Origin: Octopus sinensis
Lineage: Eukaryota
Reading direction: 5' to 3'
Assembly: GCF_006345805.1 (NCBI RefSeq)
Contig: NW_021828317.1
Coordinates: 1 to 8,814 of the forward strand
Length of the DNA: 8,814 nt
Shown: positions 8,029-8,814 of the stretch, piece after piece
How the letters are laid out: each line of letters begins with the position of its first letter
Position numbering within the stretch: position 1 is the first letter of the stretch
The notes under the pieces: generated by a model
Database searches by the model: none
What the model saw: the letters and a program-made list of their open reading frames with translations, nothing else
Told to the model about the DNA's origin: nothing
Made by a program: the position numbers and the translations under genes

Positions 8029-8123
8029 CCTTGTATCATTATCATTCATCTCATTAATGTCTGTGTCCAGCCCGCAAGCTACCTTACTCTATGTACTGCC
8101 TTTATGGCAAATTTGATAAAATA

Positions 8124-8440
8124 AAGTAGCTTGCTACGAACCACATGGTTCCAGGTTCTCATCCCACTGTGTGACACCTTGGGCAAGTGTCTTCTACTAT
8201 AGCCTCGGGCTGACCAAAGCCTTGTGAGTGGATTTGGTAGACAGAAACTGAATGAAGCCTGTCGTATGTATATGTTTGTTCCCACCACCATCACTTGACA
8301 ACCGATGTTGGTGTGTTTATGTCCTTGTAACAGTAGCGGTTCAGCATAAAAACCGATAGAATAAATAATGCGCTTACAAAAATATAAGTCCTTGGGTCGA
8401 TTTGTTTAACTAAAGGCGGTGCTGGAACAAATAAAAAAAA
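8124..8440 (+). mobile_element. 3' piece of the family A SINE whose head lies at 4838-4875
   Basis: Starts AAGTAGCTTGCTACGAACCACATGGTTCC, lacks exactly the 5' head, and is colinear with the intact copy (1806-2213, minus) through to an A-rich end, with a short deletion near the 3' end. Confidence 0.85.
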
Positions 8441-8665
8441 TATATATGTATATATATTTCTCTCACCTGTGTCAAGAAGCAAAAACACTTACACACACAC
8501 ATTCACACACATGACGGAAATTTCCGTCAACCAAATTCAATGTCAAACACACAAGAGCTGGGGGACAAGAAATTTCGTGTTATAACTTGTTACTCAGATG
8601 AAATTTTAACAAGGGTATTGAGTGCCTTTCTGAATTGCGCATTACACTAGAATAAAACAGACATT

Positions 8666-8676
8666 CACATACACAC

Positions 8677-8712
<36 letters not shown>

Positions 8713-8814
8713 GATATACACACATATATACACACACATCTATCTAGTTATCTCTCTCTCTCTGTTTTGATCTATCTATATCTATGTATCTGTCTCTCTC
8801 CATCTATTCTATCT
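8666..8814. repeat. (CA)n followed by (CT)n/(ATCT)n microsatellites
   Basis: Direct reading. Confidence 0.93.

Larger units (their letters stand above)
4876..8123 (+). mobile_element. Non-LTR retrotransposon-like insertion (L1/Tx1-type ORF1), apparently without ORF2; contains nested SINEs and a microsatellite
   Basis: Bounded by the direct repeat AAGTAGCTTGCT (4862-4873 and 8124-8135) inside a split SINE. It has a ~600-nt T-rich leader, a decayed ORF1, and an A-rich end GATAAAATA merging into the right repeat. No long poly(A). Confidence 0.7.

Overview
This is AT-rich, repeat-saturated animal DNA with no host protein-coding gene or true RNA gene that I can support. The SINE and LINE sequences look like octopus/cephalopod repeats; this is recognition from memory, not a database search. 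From left to right the window holds: two C/A-rich minisatellites around a head-to-tail pair of 221-bp piggyBac-type MITEs (TTAA, CCC...GGG); tRNA-derived SINEs of several families; RTE-like LINE 3' remnants with a SINE nested in them; and a Penelope-like remnant with a mutated minimal hammerhead ribozyme motif, set among (TA)n tracts. The main structure is a nested stack at 4838-8440. A SINE is split inside its tRNA-like head by a ~3.25-kb insertion with a 12-14-bp target-site duplication (TSD), AAGTAGCTTGCT. That insertion carries a decayed gag-like ORF1 (RRM-like segments plus a CCHC knuckle). After removing two younger SINE insertions, each with its own TSD, it is only ~2.35 kb and has no room for an endonuclease/RT ORF2. 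It is therefore a candidate ORF1-only (HAL1-like) non-autonomous retrotransposon. Nearly all ORFs in the supplied track are artefacts of repeats.
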